Assembly (NCBI GenBank): GCA_022703055.1
Contig: JAKLEP010000002.1
Span: forward strand, 96,480 to 160,479
Direction: 5' to 3'
From: Candidatus Omnitrophota bacterium
GTDB taxonomy: Bacteria > Omnitrophota > Gorgyraeia > VGKH01
Length of the DNA: 64,000 nt
Made by a program: the position numbers and the translations under genes. Shown here one piece after another: positions 19,904 to 30,223 of this stretch. The notes under the pieces were generated by a model. The model was not told the origin of the DNA and searched no databases. It worked only from the letters and a program-made list of their open reading frames with translations. Every line of letters starts with the position of its first letter. The stretch's first letter is position 1.

Positions 19904-21463
19904 CTACCCTTTTTTATATTTGCGTTTCCAAGCAATCCTCACCAATAAAGCTAACGTCGCAAAGATAGCTAACAATAAAATCCGAGTCGCCAAAATATAG
20001 ACTCTATTATCGGGAGGGACATTTTTCATGAAGATAACCGGGATCCAATCCTGTATAAGCCACAAAGAAAGGATTACAAGCAAAAATAATGGAGTGATAT
20101 ATTTTATGATGAATTTATAGACCTTGGGCACCTCCATATCCGCGCCATGATGGATTTCCTTCCAGGCATTTTCCATGCCAAATATCCAACTAAACAGAAT
20201 AACCTCAATAGTAGCAAACACTACCAGGAAAAATGTCCCTCCCCAGAAATCCAGCTCATCAACTACCCCATTTTTAAGAAAAAACACAGGGATGTGGCAA
20301 AGGACAAAAGCTACGAGCCCAAAAATAAAAACCGCTTTATTGCGTTTGAGATTAAATTCATCTTCCAAAAATGCTACAGCTGGCTGAGCAAGAGAAACGG
20401 ATGAAGTTATGCCCGCTAGGAATAACAGAAAAAACCAGGCAAACCCAAAAAGCTGGGCTAGCGGTAGCTTATTCAGTACTAAAGGCATCGTTACAAAACC
20501 CAGATTAAAGATTCCTCCCTGGCTAATCGTTCTAATATCAACTGGCCCGAAGAATACAAAAGCGGCAGTGAGTACTATACTGCCTCCTAAGATTACTTCC
20601 GCGAATTCATTAACCGTAACTGCTGTAGTCCCGGACAAAACAACATCATCGCCTTTGGAAAGATAGCTGGCATAGGTAAGAATCACACCTATTCCTACGC
20701 TTAAAGTAAAGAATATCTGACCGGCTGCTTCAAGCCAGACCCGAGCAGATTTTAAAGCGGAGAAATCAGGATTCCAAATAAAACCCAGTCCGTTATTGAC
20801 ATTCCATTCTGGCCTGGCAGCGTCGGGTGTTCCCAAAGTAAGAACTCGTAAGAACAGGATAAAACCGCATAAAAACAAACAAGGCATAGCCCATTTGCAG
20901 AATTTCTCTATTCCGCCTTTAATACCGTGAAAAATAACAATTGTATTGGCGATAAAAGTAATCAGGAAAAACAGGTAGGCGGTGCTTAATCCGGTAAAAT
21001 ATTGGTTTTGCTCTAAGCCTTGAAAAGCGCTCAAGAAACTTTTCATTCCGGCCTGATCAATGGCTTGGCTATACTTTCCGGTGAGGGCAAAAAAACTATA
21101 GGCGAGAGTCCAGGATTCAATGTAGGTATAATAAATAAAAATGACTAAGGGTCCGAATATCCCGATAACGCCAAAATATTTGATAAACCGGTTCTTCTGC
21201 CAGACACTATGAAAGATGCCGGGAGCGGTGCCATGGCCGAATCCTCCGCCGTAACGGCCAAGAGTCCATTCGATCCACATAAGCGGGATTCCTAATAAAA
21301 GAAGCGAAATAAAATACGGAACCATAAAGGCTCCGCCACCATTAGCAGCAACTTTGGCGGGAAAGCGTAAAAAATTCCCCAACCCGACTGCTGAACCAGC
21401 CACGGCCATAATAATCCCCAGGCGCGAAGACCACTTATCCCTGGCGGATTTAATAAGCGTCAC
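19904..21463 (-). CDS. Sodium-dependent transporter, neurotransmitter:sodium symporter (NSS/SNF) family
   Basis: 519 aa. N-terminal motif WSSRLGIIMAVAGSAVGLGNFLRFP and 11-12 TM segments. Confidence 0.93.
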   Translation of the reverse strand: MTLIKSARDKWSSRLGIIMAVAGSAVGLGNFLRFPAKVAANGGGAFMVPYFISLLLLGIPLMWIEWTLGRYGGGFGHGTAPGIFHSVWQKNRFIKYFGVIGIFGPLVIFIYYTYIESWTLAYSFFALTGKYSQAIDQAGMKSFLSAFQGLEQNQYFTGLSTAYLFFLITFIANTIVIFHGIKGGIEKFCKWAMPCLFLCGFILFLRVLTLGTPDAARPEWNVNNGLGFIWNPDFSALKSARVWLEAAGQIFFTLSVGIGVILTYASYLSKGDDVVLSGTTAVTVNEFAEVILGGSIVLTAAFVFFGPVDIRTISQGGIFNLGFVTMPLVLNKLPLAQLFGFAWFFLLFLAGITSSVSLAQPAVAFLEDEFNLKRNKAVFIFGLVAFVLCHIPVFFLKNGVVDELDFWGGTFFLVVFATIEVILFSWIFGMENAWKEIHHGADMEVPKVYKFIIKYITPLFLLVILSLWLIQDWIPVIFMKNVPPDNRVYILATRILLLAIFATLALLVRIAWKRKYKKG

Positions 21464-21490
21464 TTAATTATCCGCTCCTAAATATAATTT

Positions 21491-21658
21491 TTATGCTTTT
21501 TTATCTGTTAATACTAACCAAAGTGCATGAATCATTCCTGGGAAAAAGAAAATCAAAGTCAGGACTAAATTAATCCAGAAATTAGTAGTAAGCCCCACTT
21601 GCATGAAAGCTGCAACCGGAGGCAAAATTATCGCTAAGATTATCTTTACGATCTTCAT
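21491..21658 (-). CDS. YqaE/Pmp3-family small hydrophobic protein (55 aa, not in ORF track)
   Basis: Hand translation: MKIVKIILAIILPPVAAFMQVGLTTNFWINLVLTLIFFFPGMIHALWLVLTDKKA. The ILPP...FW.N..LT......PG..HA pattern is typical of Pmp3/YqaE. Confidence 0.7.
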   Translation of the reverse strand: MKIVKIILAIILPPVAAFMQVGLTTNFWINLVLTLIFFFPGMIHALWLVLTDKKA

Positions 21659-21694
21659 TATTATTTCACCTCCCTTCTGTATTTTCTTTCAGTA

Positions 21695-22126
21695 TTAAAA
21701 CCAAATACGCACAAGGAAAATCAGCATAAACGCGCCTATCACAATCTGAACGATAGCAAATAACTTTAAAGCTTTAACAGGGATTTTCGCAAATTGTTCC
21801 TGAATTTTCACAGCAGTCTTCTTTTTTAATAAAAAATAAGCCACGATTATGGCGATAAGCCCGATTAGAAATATATTAGGACCTATATTACTGCTGAAAG
21901 AAGATAGGAGCGAAACAAGATAAAAGGCTATGATAAGCAAAATCCATTTTACCTGACCAAATCCCATACCAATTAGTTTTCGGCGGGCCCGCTCGGGCCA
22001 AATCAGCATTAAAACACCGCTAATAACCAGAAACCAACCTAAAATTACAATGAAAATCTTGCTTTTTCCAAGAATGAAATTAAGCAGCTTAAAAACATAA
22101 CCCCTAATAAGAGTTAATATGCTCAT
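21695..22126 (-). CDS. Integral membrane protein, unknown function
   Basis: 143 aa with 4 predicted TM helices. Confidence 0.45.
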   Translation of the reverse strand: MSILTLIRGYVFKLLNFILGKSKIFIVILGWFLVISGVLMLIWPERARRKLIGMGFGQVKWILLIIAFYLVSLLSSFSSNIGPNIFLIGLIAIIVAYFLLKKKTAVKIQEQFAKIPVKALKLFAIVQIVIGAFMLIFLVRIWF

Positions 22127-22143
22127 AGAGATGCCTTAATTAA

Positions 22144-22608
22144 CTATTTTTCTTCCACATTAATATTATAGACATTGGCGAGTTGAAGCCTGGCTGCTTC
22201 TAATCTTTCGGTAAAAATCTTAACCAGTCTTTTTAACAATTCATATCCTAGATCGGAATTCTTTTCGCATTTCTCTCTTAAACATTTACCGTCTAATGCC
22301 AACGCACGCGTATTTTCTAATGCTTTAGCGCTAAACCGGTAGCGGTAAGGCGGCACAAGCCAAGACCATCCTAAAATATCATTTTCTCCGATGGTCTGGA
22401 TGGTAATTTCTCGTGGCTCAGCTATATACAAAGCCACGTTCCCGCTTCTTATCAGATAAAATTTATCTGCAGGAGTATTTTCTTTTAGGATAACTTCTCC
22501 TGCCTTAAAAAATACGTGTGAGGTACAGCCTAAGATAAAATTGAAATATTCTTCTGGTAAGCCTTTAAAGAATGAATGCTGCCTTAAAATTGGTTCAAGA
22601 TTTTCCAT
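22144..22608 (-). CDS. Cyclic nucleotide-binding domain protein
   Basis: 154 aa. cNMP-binding beta-barrel pattern (FKAGEVILKENTPADKFYLIRSGNVAL ... GENDILGWSW). Confidence 0.75.
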   Translation of the reverse strand: MENLEPILRQHSFFKGLPEEYFNFILGCTSHVFFKAGEVILKENTPADKFYLIRSGNVALYIAEPREITIQTIGENDILGWSWLVPPYRYRFSAKALENTRALALDGKCLREKCEKNSDLGYELLKRLVKIFTERLEAARLQLANVYNINVEEK

Positions 22609-22654
22609 CTAACCTCCTATAGAATTGTTCATTGTATTGTAATTTATTATACTT

Positions 22655-22695
22655 TAAAGAAAAACCCTCTGCAACATATTTTATTGCAGAGGGTT
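22655..22695 (-). terminator. Rho-independent terminator downstream of mscL
   Basis: Stem ACCCTCTGCAA/TTGCAGAGGGT (22664-22694), followed on the minus strand by UUUUUCUUU. Confidence 0.7.
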
Positions 22696-22722
22696 ATAAC
22701 TCATGCCTTAGCAAATTCTAGG

Positions 22723-23049
22723 TTATTGTTTCTTTTTCAAACTGTTGATAGCTTTCACTACCAGGAATATCGAGAATGCTACGATTACAAAATCAAGCAC
22801 TGAGTTGATGAACATGCCATAATTTAGAGTTACCGCCGGCTTATCAAAGGTCGCCGCCTTAAGGACTAACTTTAAATCCTTGAAATCAACGCCACCCAGC
22901 AACAAACCTATCGGAGGCATAATTACATCGGCAACTAAAGAAGTTACAATTTTGCCGAATGCCGCGCCGACGATTATACCAACCGCCATGTCTACCGCGT
23001 TACCTTTTACCGCAAACTCCTTAAACTCTTTAATAATTGACACAGCCAC
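22723..23049 (-). CDS. mscL: Large-conductance mechanosensitive channel
   Basis: 108 aa. Canonical N-terminus [29 protein letters not shown]. Confidence 0.95.
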   Translation of the reverse strand: MAVSIIKEFKEFAVKGNAVDMAVGIIVGAAFGKIVTSLVADVIMPPIGLLLGGVDFKDLKLVLKAATFDKPAVTLNYGMFINSVLDFVIVAFSIFLVVKAINSLKKKQ

Positions 23050-23064
23050 CTCCTTTTTATAGCT

Positions 23065-24036
23065 TTATTTTATAATAAAGTTAAACAAATAGCCAGTAAA
23101 AATTATCCCCATTCCGACAATTCCTGCAAATATCGCTAGCAGCTTTATTTTCATTACTTTTTTCAAAATCATAAATTCTGGCAAGGACAATGCCGTTACG
23201 GCCATCATAAAAGACAAGGTCGTTCCCATGCTTACGCCTTTTTCTGTCAAAACGCTCACTAGGGGGATAACGCCCGCTACATTAGAATAAAGTGGAATAC
23301 CAATAAGCGTGGCTACCGGGACTGCATACCATTTATCGGCACTGGCGTACTTTGCTAAAAAGTCGCTGGGCACATAACCGTGAATCCATGCGCCAATCCC
23401 GATAGCAATAAACAAGTATGGCCAGATATTTTTAATAATGGTGGCGGTATAACCTTTGGCATAATCAATTCTATCCTGCCATCTCCAGTTTATAGTCAAG
23501 AAAGATTGCCCAGCGGCTAATTTATTGTAAGATATATGTTCGACCAAATCTTCAACTTTTAATTTTCCTATAATAACTCCGGAAACAACCGCTATAACAA
23601 GTCCGCTTGAAATATATAATACGGCTATCTTCGCTCCGAACATTCCAAAAAGCAAAATCAAAGCCACTTCATTAATCATCGGTGAAGATATAAGAAAAGA
23701 AAATGTTGCACCTAGTGGCACTCCCGCCTCCAAAAAACCTAAAAACAAAGGAATCGCGCTACAAGTACAGAATGGCGTAATAATACCAAATAAACCAGCC
23801 AATACATTACCTAAGAACCTACCTTTTCGGGAAAGAATATTCTTTATCTTCTCCGGCGGCAAGAATGTTCTGATGATCGACACACAAAAGATTATAACGC
23901 AAAGCAATATAAAAATCTTTATAGTATCAAAAATGAAGAAATTGATCGCTTCGGCGAGAATAGTATCATTTGCGAGGCGCAAAACTTCATAGGTTAGCCA
24001 ATCGGCAAGCTTCTGAATTGGGTAAAATATATACAT
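23065..24036 (-). CDS. UPF0718/ArsP-like permease
   Basis: 323 aa, about 8 TM segments, with the conserved FCTCSAIPLF motif. It is a paralogue of the permease moiety at 11145-12311. Confidence 0.75.
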   Translation of the reverse strand: MYIFYPIQKLADWLTYEVLRLANDTILAEAINFFIFDTIKIFILLCVIIFCVSIIRTFLPPEKIKNILSRKGRFLGNVLAGLFGIITPFCTCSAIPLFLGFLEAGVPLGATFSFLISSPMINEVALILLFGMFGAKIAVLYISSGLVIAVVSGVIIGKLKVEDLVEHISYNKLAAGQSFLTINWRWQDRIDYAKGYTATIIKNIWPYLFIAIGIGAWIHGYVPSDFLAKYASADKWYAVPVATLIGIPLYSNVAGVIPLVSVLTEKGVSMGTTLSFMMAVTALSLPEFMILKKVMKIKLLAIFAGIVGMGIIFTGYLFNFIIK

Positions 24037-24112
24037 ATTGTTTGTATTCTATACCAAGAAAAATCCCCCCGCAACAAAATTTTGCGAAGGGATTGATTGT
24101 CTAACCCCATAA

Positions 24113-24256
24113 CTATGCTGGTTTTAGCCTGCCCTTTTCTATCAAAATACCAGAGTGTATATGGCAATACAATCCATGATTATAAATACTAAGGGTTGCT
24201 TTACAGAGAGGATATTTACATTTTCTTCCCTTGCATGAAGTCTTTACCTTTTTCAT
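24113..24256 (-). CDS. Small Cys/His-rich peptide (47 aa) translationally coupled to the B12-radical SAM gene
   Basis: The internal ATG at 24256 overlaps the radical-SAM stop (ATGA). Sequence: MKKVKTSCKGRKCKYPLCKATLSIYNHGLYCHIHSGILIEKGRLKPA, with a C-x4-C-x5-C...C-H-x-H spacing. Confidence 0.4.
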   Translation of the reverse strand: MKKVKTSCKGRKCKYPLCKATLSIYNHGLYCHIHSGILIEKGRLKPA

Positions 24257-25572
24257 GTAATCCTCTCTTGCCCTGGAACTAATTGATAAACCTTTGGCAA
24301 CCACGACATTTTATGATTACGCTCTAACCATTTCTTGATTATGAAATGCCCCATGAAACGGAACATAGCGTTTCTGAAACGAAAGCGAAAAAGCAGGAAA
24401 AATGACCGATACAAAGAGTAAAATTTCTCGTAGGCCTTTGTCACGTTTAACTGCAGTTCTCTGGCTGATAATAATTTGGGGGCAAAAACAATATGCTGGC
24501 CATCATAGAGATTCCAGTCTCTCGTAAAAATCCTTTTTTGCTTTTGGAGATCATCATAAACCTTTGTTCCCGGAAGAGGCGTAAGAATCATCATCTGGAT
24601 AGTATCTATCTTCTCTTTTAAGGCAAACTTGACCGTATCCCAAATAGTGTTCTTACTGTCGTCGTCCCCGCCCAAAACAAACATACCATGAATTTTGATT
24701 TTCCTTCTGTGAAAAGAACGTATGGAATCAACGATATCACCGACAGTTTGTTTCTTCTGATAAGCAGTAAGCGTCTTGCTATTAACCGACTCAAAACCAA
24801 TACAAACAACACCACAACCGGCTTTAGCCATAAGATGCACAAGCTTCTCGTCCTTCGCCGCGTCTGTCCGCACCTGACAGGTCCATTTGACGATTTTCTC
24901 CTTTAACATTAGACCCAAGAGATCACGTGTCCTCTTCGGATTGGCGGTAAAATTATCGTCACAGAAGAAAAATTGTTTTGTATTGCGGGATTGCAATTCT
25001 TCTAATATCTTTTCTGGGCTGCGAAATCTGTATTCGCGGCCAAACATCTTTGTAACAGAACAAAAGCTGCAATCAAACGGGCATCCTCTGGAAGTAGATA
25101 CAGGGGTAACGAATGCGGGAAATTTATATCCTTCAATCAGAGAAAAATCCGGATACGGCAAGGTATCTAAATCTTCAACTCGTTTACCGTAGACAACCGC
25201 ATCTTTAATTCTACCTTCGGCGATATCGACGATGACTTCCTCGGCTTCTCCTACGACCACTTGCCTGGCAACCGTCAATGACTCCTCCGGCAGAAGGCTT
25301 GCATGGACTCCGCCTATAATGACTTTCTCCTTAGGAAAGTTTCTGGCTATCTCATAACCTCTTCTGGCGGTATTGGTCAATATTGAAATGCCGATAAGGT
25401 CAGCATCCAAGCTAGAATAGTCCGGTATGTATATATTTTCGTTAAAGATGCGAACTGAGTGGCCTGCCTTCTTAAGGATAGTCCCTAGATATACCGGCCC
25501 TAAAAGAGGCATATGCATCTTGCTATAGACATTGGCCTCTGCAGCTTTAGGTTCAATAAGTATTATTTTCAT
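24253..25572 (-). CDS. B12-binding-domain radical SAM protein (class B)
   Basis: 439 aa. N-terminal Rossmann-like B12-binding region, then the CxxxCxxC cluster motif (SRGCPFDCSFCS). Confidence 0.85.
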   Translation of the reverse strand: MKIILIEPKAAEANVYSKMHMPLLGPVYLGTILKKAGHSVRIFNENIYIPDYSSLDADLIGISILTNTARRGYEIARNFPKEKVIIGGVHASLLPEESLTVARQVVVGEAEEVIVDIAEGRIKDAVVYGKRVEDLDTLPYPDFSLIEGYKFPAFVTPVSTSRGCPFDCSFCSVTKMFGREYRFRSPEKILEELQSRNTKQFFFCDDNFTANPKRTRDLLGLMLKEKIVKWTCQVRTDAAKDEKLVHLMAKAGCGVVCIGFESVNSKTLTAYQKKQTVGDIVDSIRSFHRRKIKIHGMFVLGGDDDSKNTIWDTVKFALKEKIDTIQMMILTPLPGTKVYDDLQKQKRIFTRDWNLYDGQHIVFAPKLLSARELQLNVTKAYEKFYSLYRSFFLLFRFRFRNAMFRFMGHFIIKKWLERNHKMSWLPKVYQLVPGQERIT

Positions 25573-25727
25573 ATTTTTCTCAAAAATCTACTCTGGACCC
25601 AAAAAAAACCGAAAGGTTAGGAATCTTAACCTTCCGGCTTAAAACTTCTAATCTCTTTTCTTTGTTAACTCCAATTACATAATATCACATCCTAGCTTCT
25701 TGTCAAACATAATATCTCGCACGTCTA

Positions 25728-26951
25728 CTATTCGTTTGCTAAAATGCCTGTTTTACAAATAATAGAAAACTTTCTGGCGCTATCCCTAACAGTTCTTTTC
25801 TGGGTGTTATAATCAACTTCAATAAGACCAAATCTCGGGGCAAATCCCTTATCCCATTCAAAATTATCTAAAAGCGACCAGTAAAGATAGCCTTTGACAT
25901 CTACGCCTTTTTCCATGGCCAGATAAATATTTCTTAGATGGCTATAAATATATTCCCAGCGCAGATTGTCATCGGAGGTACAGATGCCATTCTCGGTAAT
26001 TATTATAGGGAGACGATATTTCTTCAGTTTTATAAGCAAATCAAGTAAGCCCTGCGGATAAATATCCCAGCCAAGCGAATTCTTTTTAACCGGATGATGG
26101 CTGTTTTGACAGACATCCCAGGCCAAATTGCCGATTCCCCATCTTTTTAACTCAACAAGTTGCCTAGAATAATAATTAAGCCCGATAAAATCCAAGGCCT
26201 TGTGCCGCGCCAAGGTATCAATAATGGCTAAATTATAATACTTATTCCTAAAGGAAGCGGCGAATCGATCCCTAAAATTATTCCTGCAAGCCACATAAGA
26301 CTGGGTATATTGCGAAATACTTATAAAAGGACTAGCCAAATTTAATTCTTTATAAATTTTATTAATTTGACGATAGGCTTTGATGTGGGCTTGAATCAAA
26401 TTGTTTTGAACCTTTTTTGACCTGAATAACGATTTAACTTGCGGCGGCCAGGCGCCAAAAATATAGGCATGAGAAATATAAATCGTAGGCTCGTTGATGG
26501 TAATCCAATAACGGACATGTTTTGCCAGTGCACGGACCACAAAATCACAGTAGCGCAAGAAATAAACAACGGACTCTTTCTCCTCCCATCCACCGCGCTC
26601 AAAAAGCCAGCGGGGATTGGTGAAATGATGCAGGGTAACTATCGGTTCAATATTTCTTCTCTTGAGCGCGAGAATAACTTCAAGATAATGCCCTAATGCC
26701 TCTTGGGAGAATTTTCCTTGTTCCGGCTCGATCCGTGCCCACTCGATAGATAGGCGATGGGAATTATGATTTAAACTTTGGGCTAAATCAAAATCCTGCT
26801 CGTAAAATTCGTAATGGCGGCAGGCTGAACCGGATTTTTCTTTGCCCACTTCCTTCTCCCACTGCCACCAATCAGAATTGACATTATCTCCTTCAACCTG
26901 ATAAGCAGATGTTGCTGACCCCCAAAGAAAATCTTGCGGAAATTTCATCAT
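25728..26951 (-). CDS. Glycoside hydrolase family 1 beta-glucosidase
   Basis: 407 aa. FLWGSATSAYQVEG N-terminus, acid/base TINEP and nucleophile ITENG motifs. Confidence 0.93.
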   Translation of the reverse strand: MMKFPQDFLWGSATSAYQVEGDNVNSDWWQWEKEVGKEKSGSACRHYEFYEQDFDLAQSLNHNSHRLSIEWARIEPEQGKFSQEALGHYLEVILALKRRNIEPIVTLHHFTNPRWLFERGGWEEKESVVYFLRYCDFVVRALAKHVRYWITINEPTIYISHAYIFGAWPPQVKSLFRSKKVQNNLIQAHIKAYRQINKIYKELNLASPFISISQYTQSYVACRNNFRDRFAASFRNKYYNLAIIDTLARHKALDFIGLNYYSRQLVELKRWGIGNLAWDVCQNSHHPVKKNSLGWDIYPQGLLDLLIKLKKYRLPIIITENGICTSDDNLRWEYIYSHLRNIYLAMEKGVDVKGYLYWSLLDNFEWDKGFAPRFGLIEVDYNTQKRTVRDSARKFSIICKTGILANE

Positions 26952-27074
26952 GGTAAAATTATATCATTAAAATAACTAATCCCTATGAAATATTTTTATT
27001 TACAGGCACAAAAATCATCGGGGAAAATTGCGGTAATGCTTGACTAAAAACTCAACAAAGTGTAAATTAATCGT

Positions 27075-28361
27075 ATGCCTACTTTAATAAAACTTATCGA
27101 GAAAACATACAAAATGGCCAAGCCTCATGAACGAAAAGTGATCATGGATAATGTGGCTTCGCTTTCGATGCTACAAGCAATAACCTATCTTCTTCCGATT
27201 TTAATTTTGCCGTACCTATTTAGAATACTGGGTGCCGAGAAATTCGGTCTTATTGCTTTTGCCCAGGCATTCATCCAGTATTTCATAATTCTAACCGATT
27301 ATGGATTCAGTATTTCAGCCACCAAAGAAATATCTCTCTGCAGAAATGAGCATACTAAAGTCTGCAAGGTTTTCTCTTCGGTAATGACAGTAAAAACCGG
27401 GCTGGCGCTTCTGAGCCTCTTGCTGTTAAGTATCACTGTATATTTTATTCCTAAATTCAGAAGCGACTGGCAGGTTTACGTTCTAAGTTTCGGCGCTGTA
27501 ATAGGCAATACTATCTTTCCGATCTGGTTTTTCCAGGGCAAGGAAAAGATGAGATATATCGCCGACCTGAATATCGCAGGAGGAATTATCACCGCGATTC
27601 TCATTTTTCTATTTGTCAAAAAACCCGATGACTACCTGGCTGTTCCTGTTATATATTCAATAATATCTCTAATCACCGGCCTATCGGGACAATACATCGT
27701 ATTCAGGCACTTTGGAGTAACCTTTAACTTTTATGGATATAAAAGCCTGCAGCAACAGCTAAAGGCCGGATGGGATATTTTTATTTCTATCGCAGCTATA
27801 AACGCGTACACCACCACGCGAGTTTTTATACTGGGGCTTCTTACCAATAACACCGTAACCGGTTTTTACTCTATGGCGGAGAAAATTGCTAATTTCTGCC
27901 AGACATTTCCCTTAAATTCTTTTACCCAGGCCATCTTCCCGCGCTTGAGTAAGATATTCCACAGGAATAAAGCTAAAGCCATAGAAATTATGCAGCGGAT
28001 ACAGCACATCACCATAAATGTATCCTTATTTTTACTGTCTTTGATAATTATTGTGGCGCCAGTCATAGTGAGGATAGCCTGCGGAGGAAATTATGTGGAG
28101 ACAGTTTTATCATTAAGGCTTTTGCTTATTTCGGTATTTTTTGTCTGTTCCAATGCTTTCCGCGTCCAGTTTCTGCTTGTCTGCGGTAAAACTTACATCT
28201 ATTCCCGGATCCACGTGCTCATGGCGATGATAGGGCTGCCATTGATATTTCTTCTGATTTATTCTTTCTCTTATATTGGCGCGGCAGTGGCTACGGTGGC
28301 TATCGAGGCGGGGATTTTTGCTATTACCTACTTCACGGTAAAAAGGCTAAAGTACTCCTAG
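27075..28361 (+). CDS. Polysaccharide flippase (Wzx / MOP superfamily)
   Basis: 428 aa with about 12 TM segments. The N-terminal region (NVASLSMLQAITYLLPILILPYLFRILGAEKFG) is typical of O-antigen/polysaccharide flippases. Confidence 0.8.
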   Translation: MPTLIKLIEKTYKMAKPHERKVIMDNVASLSMLQAITYLLPILILPYLFRILGAEKFGLIAFAQAFIQYFIILTDYGFSISATKEISLCRNEHTKVCKVFSSVMTVKTGLALLSLLLLSITVYFIPKFRSDWQVYVLSFGAVIGNTIFPIWFFQGKEKMRYIADLNIAGGIITAILIFLFVKKPDDYLAVPVIYSIISLITGLSGQYIVFRHFGVTFNFYGYKSLQQQLKAGWDIFISIAAINAYTTTRVFILGLLTNNTVTGFYSMAEKIANFCQTFPLNSFTQAIFPRLSKIFHRNKAKAIEIMQRIQHITINVSLFLLSLIIIVAPVIVRIACGGNYVETVLSLRLLLISVFFVCSNAFRVQFLLVCGKTYIYSRIHVLMAMIGLPLIFLLIYSFSYIGAAVATVAIEAGIFAITYFTVKRLKYS

Positions 28362-28370
28362 AAAAACTAC

Positions 28371-29432
28371 TCATAGACGACATCTTACTATCCCAAACAT
28401 TTTCTTATCCCTAGCATATGGACAAATATCGCAAACAGGCACATCTTTTCTATTTTTCTTAATCCTTGACCTCATATCCCGATACAGTTTTCCTTGCCAG
28501 ATATCTTTGAGGGGAGTTTTAAAAACATTACCCATAATATGTTTAGAAAAAGAGTCATAAGAACAAGGAACTACTGTCCCGTCGCTTAAAATTACGGTGC
28601 TGTTGTCGATCCAAAAACACTTATTCAATACATCTCCTTTATAATCTAATCTTCCATCTTTTAAATCAAAACGAGTAAAGGATAAATCTGATGGCAAGAA
28701 TTGTTTTAGCATCTCTTGCGAACGGGGCTCGCTAAAAGAATCAAAAATAAGTAAATTTATTGATTTCTCGCAGTAAATATCTGCGCCGGATTCCTTAGCC
28801 AGACGCCTCATATCATCTCTTTGATGCATGTTATGTTTTAACAAAAGAAGCTGTAATTCTACCTCTGGTCTTTTTGTTTTCAACTCTTTCTTAGTCTCAC
28901 AAACTAACTTAAGCCCTTTTATAGCTTTATCAAGGTTACCGCCTACTCTATATTTAGCGTATGTTTCCTGATCACTGCCGTCTATGGAAAAAACAATTTT
29001 AGCCAGCCCGGTTTTGATTAATTCCGCAACAAAGGCTTTAGACTCAAAAAAAAGACCATTTGTATTTATAGATACCTCAATATTAGATGAGGTTGCATAT
29101 GCTATCATTTTTAATATATCCGGGTTTAAAAACGGCTCGCCGTAATTATAAAGCACTATTTTTATAGTAAAGCACCTAATCTCATCTATTATGCCTTTAA
29201 ACTCTTCGAAACTCATCATTCTTCTCTGGCGCTGCATCTTATTTGAAATTGTAGGACAAAGCGGGCATCGTAAGTTGCATAAATTGGTAGGCTCTATGGT
29301 TACGAGCATCGGTAGGGGCGACAAGAGCTGCTTTCTAAAAATTAACCAGTTGAGTTCATTAATTATTCTATACCAAATAAATAAAAATTTGCCTTTTTTG
29401 CACAAATCGTAAAATCTAATGATTTTATTCAT
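28371..29432 (-). CDS. Radical SAM / SPASM-domain protein
   Basis: 353 aa. CxxxCxxC motif (CNLRCPLCP) and a C-terminal Cys-rich SPASM-like region (CFWIDN...VVPCSYD...VCDICPY). Confidence 0.85.
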   Translation of the reverse strand: MNKIIRFYDLCKKGKFLFIWYRIINELNWLIFRKQLLSPLPMLVTIEPTNLCNLRCPLCPTISNKMQRQRRMMSFEEFKGIIDEIRCFTIKIVLYNYGEPFLNPDILKMIAYATSSNIEVSINTNGLFFESKAFVAELIKTGLAKIVFSIDGSDQETYAKYRVGGNLDKAIKGLKLVCETKKELKTKRPEVELQLLLLKHNMHQRDDMRRLAKESGADIYCEKSINLLIFDSFSEPRSQEMLKQFLPSDLSFTRFDLKDGRLDYKGDVLNKCFWIDNSTVILSDGTVVPCSYDSFSKHIMGNVFKTPLKDIWQGKLYRDMRSRIKKNRKDVPVCDICPYARDKKMFGIVRCRL

Positions 29433-29479
29433 TTTCTTGGGTAGCTAGTTAAAAACGAGATTATTATTCACAGATACTT

Positions 29480-30025
29480 CTACTTTACAAAGCACTTTTC
29501 TTTAGTTAATCCTCCTCTTTCATTCAGTCTGTATAAAATATGGCCAATAAAATTTCGTTTAAAAAGATCCTCGATTTTCTTCTCCCTGCCCACGATAACT
29601 CGAGGAACTCTTGTACCGACAATAAATCCTTCGCACATTGGACACGGCTCATAGGTAGTGTATAAAGTAACATTTCCTTTTATTTTATTAAAATGAGATG
29701 TTCTGAGGATATTGAGCGCATCATTGATAGCCAGCATCTCGGCATGATTCCTCCAGTCTTTCTTTGCCTTTACATCGTTATGCGCCCGGGAAACTATCTT
29801 ACCATCAAGAACCAAAATTGCGCCTACCTTAGCAGGCTCTGATTCCGGAGTCAATTCTGCCTCTTCATAAGCTATCTTCATGAAATACCTGTCAGAATCT
29901 GAAACGCCGATTAACGAATGGCTGATAAAATACAGGAAAAAAACACATAAAAAAAGACTAATTAAAATAAAAAATGAAATTAGCCCAATATAATTTACTA
30001 ATTTTTCCTTATTAAAATTGGCCAT
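29480..30025 (-). CDS. CMP/dCMP-type zinc deaminase (TadA/guanine-deaminase-like) with N-terminal TM anchor
   Basis: 181 aa. HAEMLAI and PCPMC zinc-binding motifs, preceded by a hydrophobic helix (IGLISFFILISLFLCVFFLYFI). Confidence 0.8.
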   Translation of the reverse strand: MANFNKEKLVNYIGLISFFILISLFLCVFFLYFISHSLIGVSDSDRYFMKIAYEEAELTPESEPAKVGAILVLDGKIVSRAHNDVKAKKDWRNHAEMLAINDALNILRTSHFNKIKGNVTLYTTYEPCPMCEGFIVGTRVPRVIVGREKKIEDLFKRNFIGHILYRLNERGGLTKEKCFVK

Positions 30026-30223
30026 ATAGATAATTCCGTCTCGCTATTTAATCCTAGATATTGTTAAAGCTACCCTGACACAAAACTTCATCTTTTGACT
30101 TACGTAACAAACCTGACAATCCTTGTATCTTTCTGTTTTATAAGTATAATATAATAATAGCACTTATTGATGCTGATAGCAACCACTGGTGCTAAAGAGA
30201 CGAGAGTGAATTGAACAAAGAAT

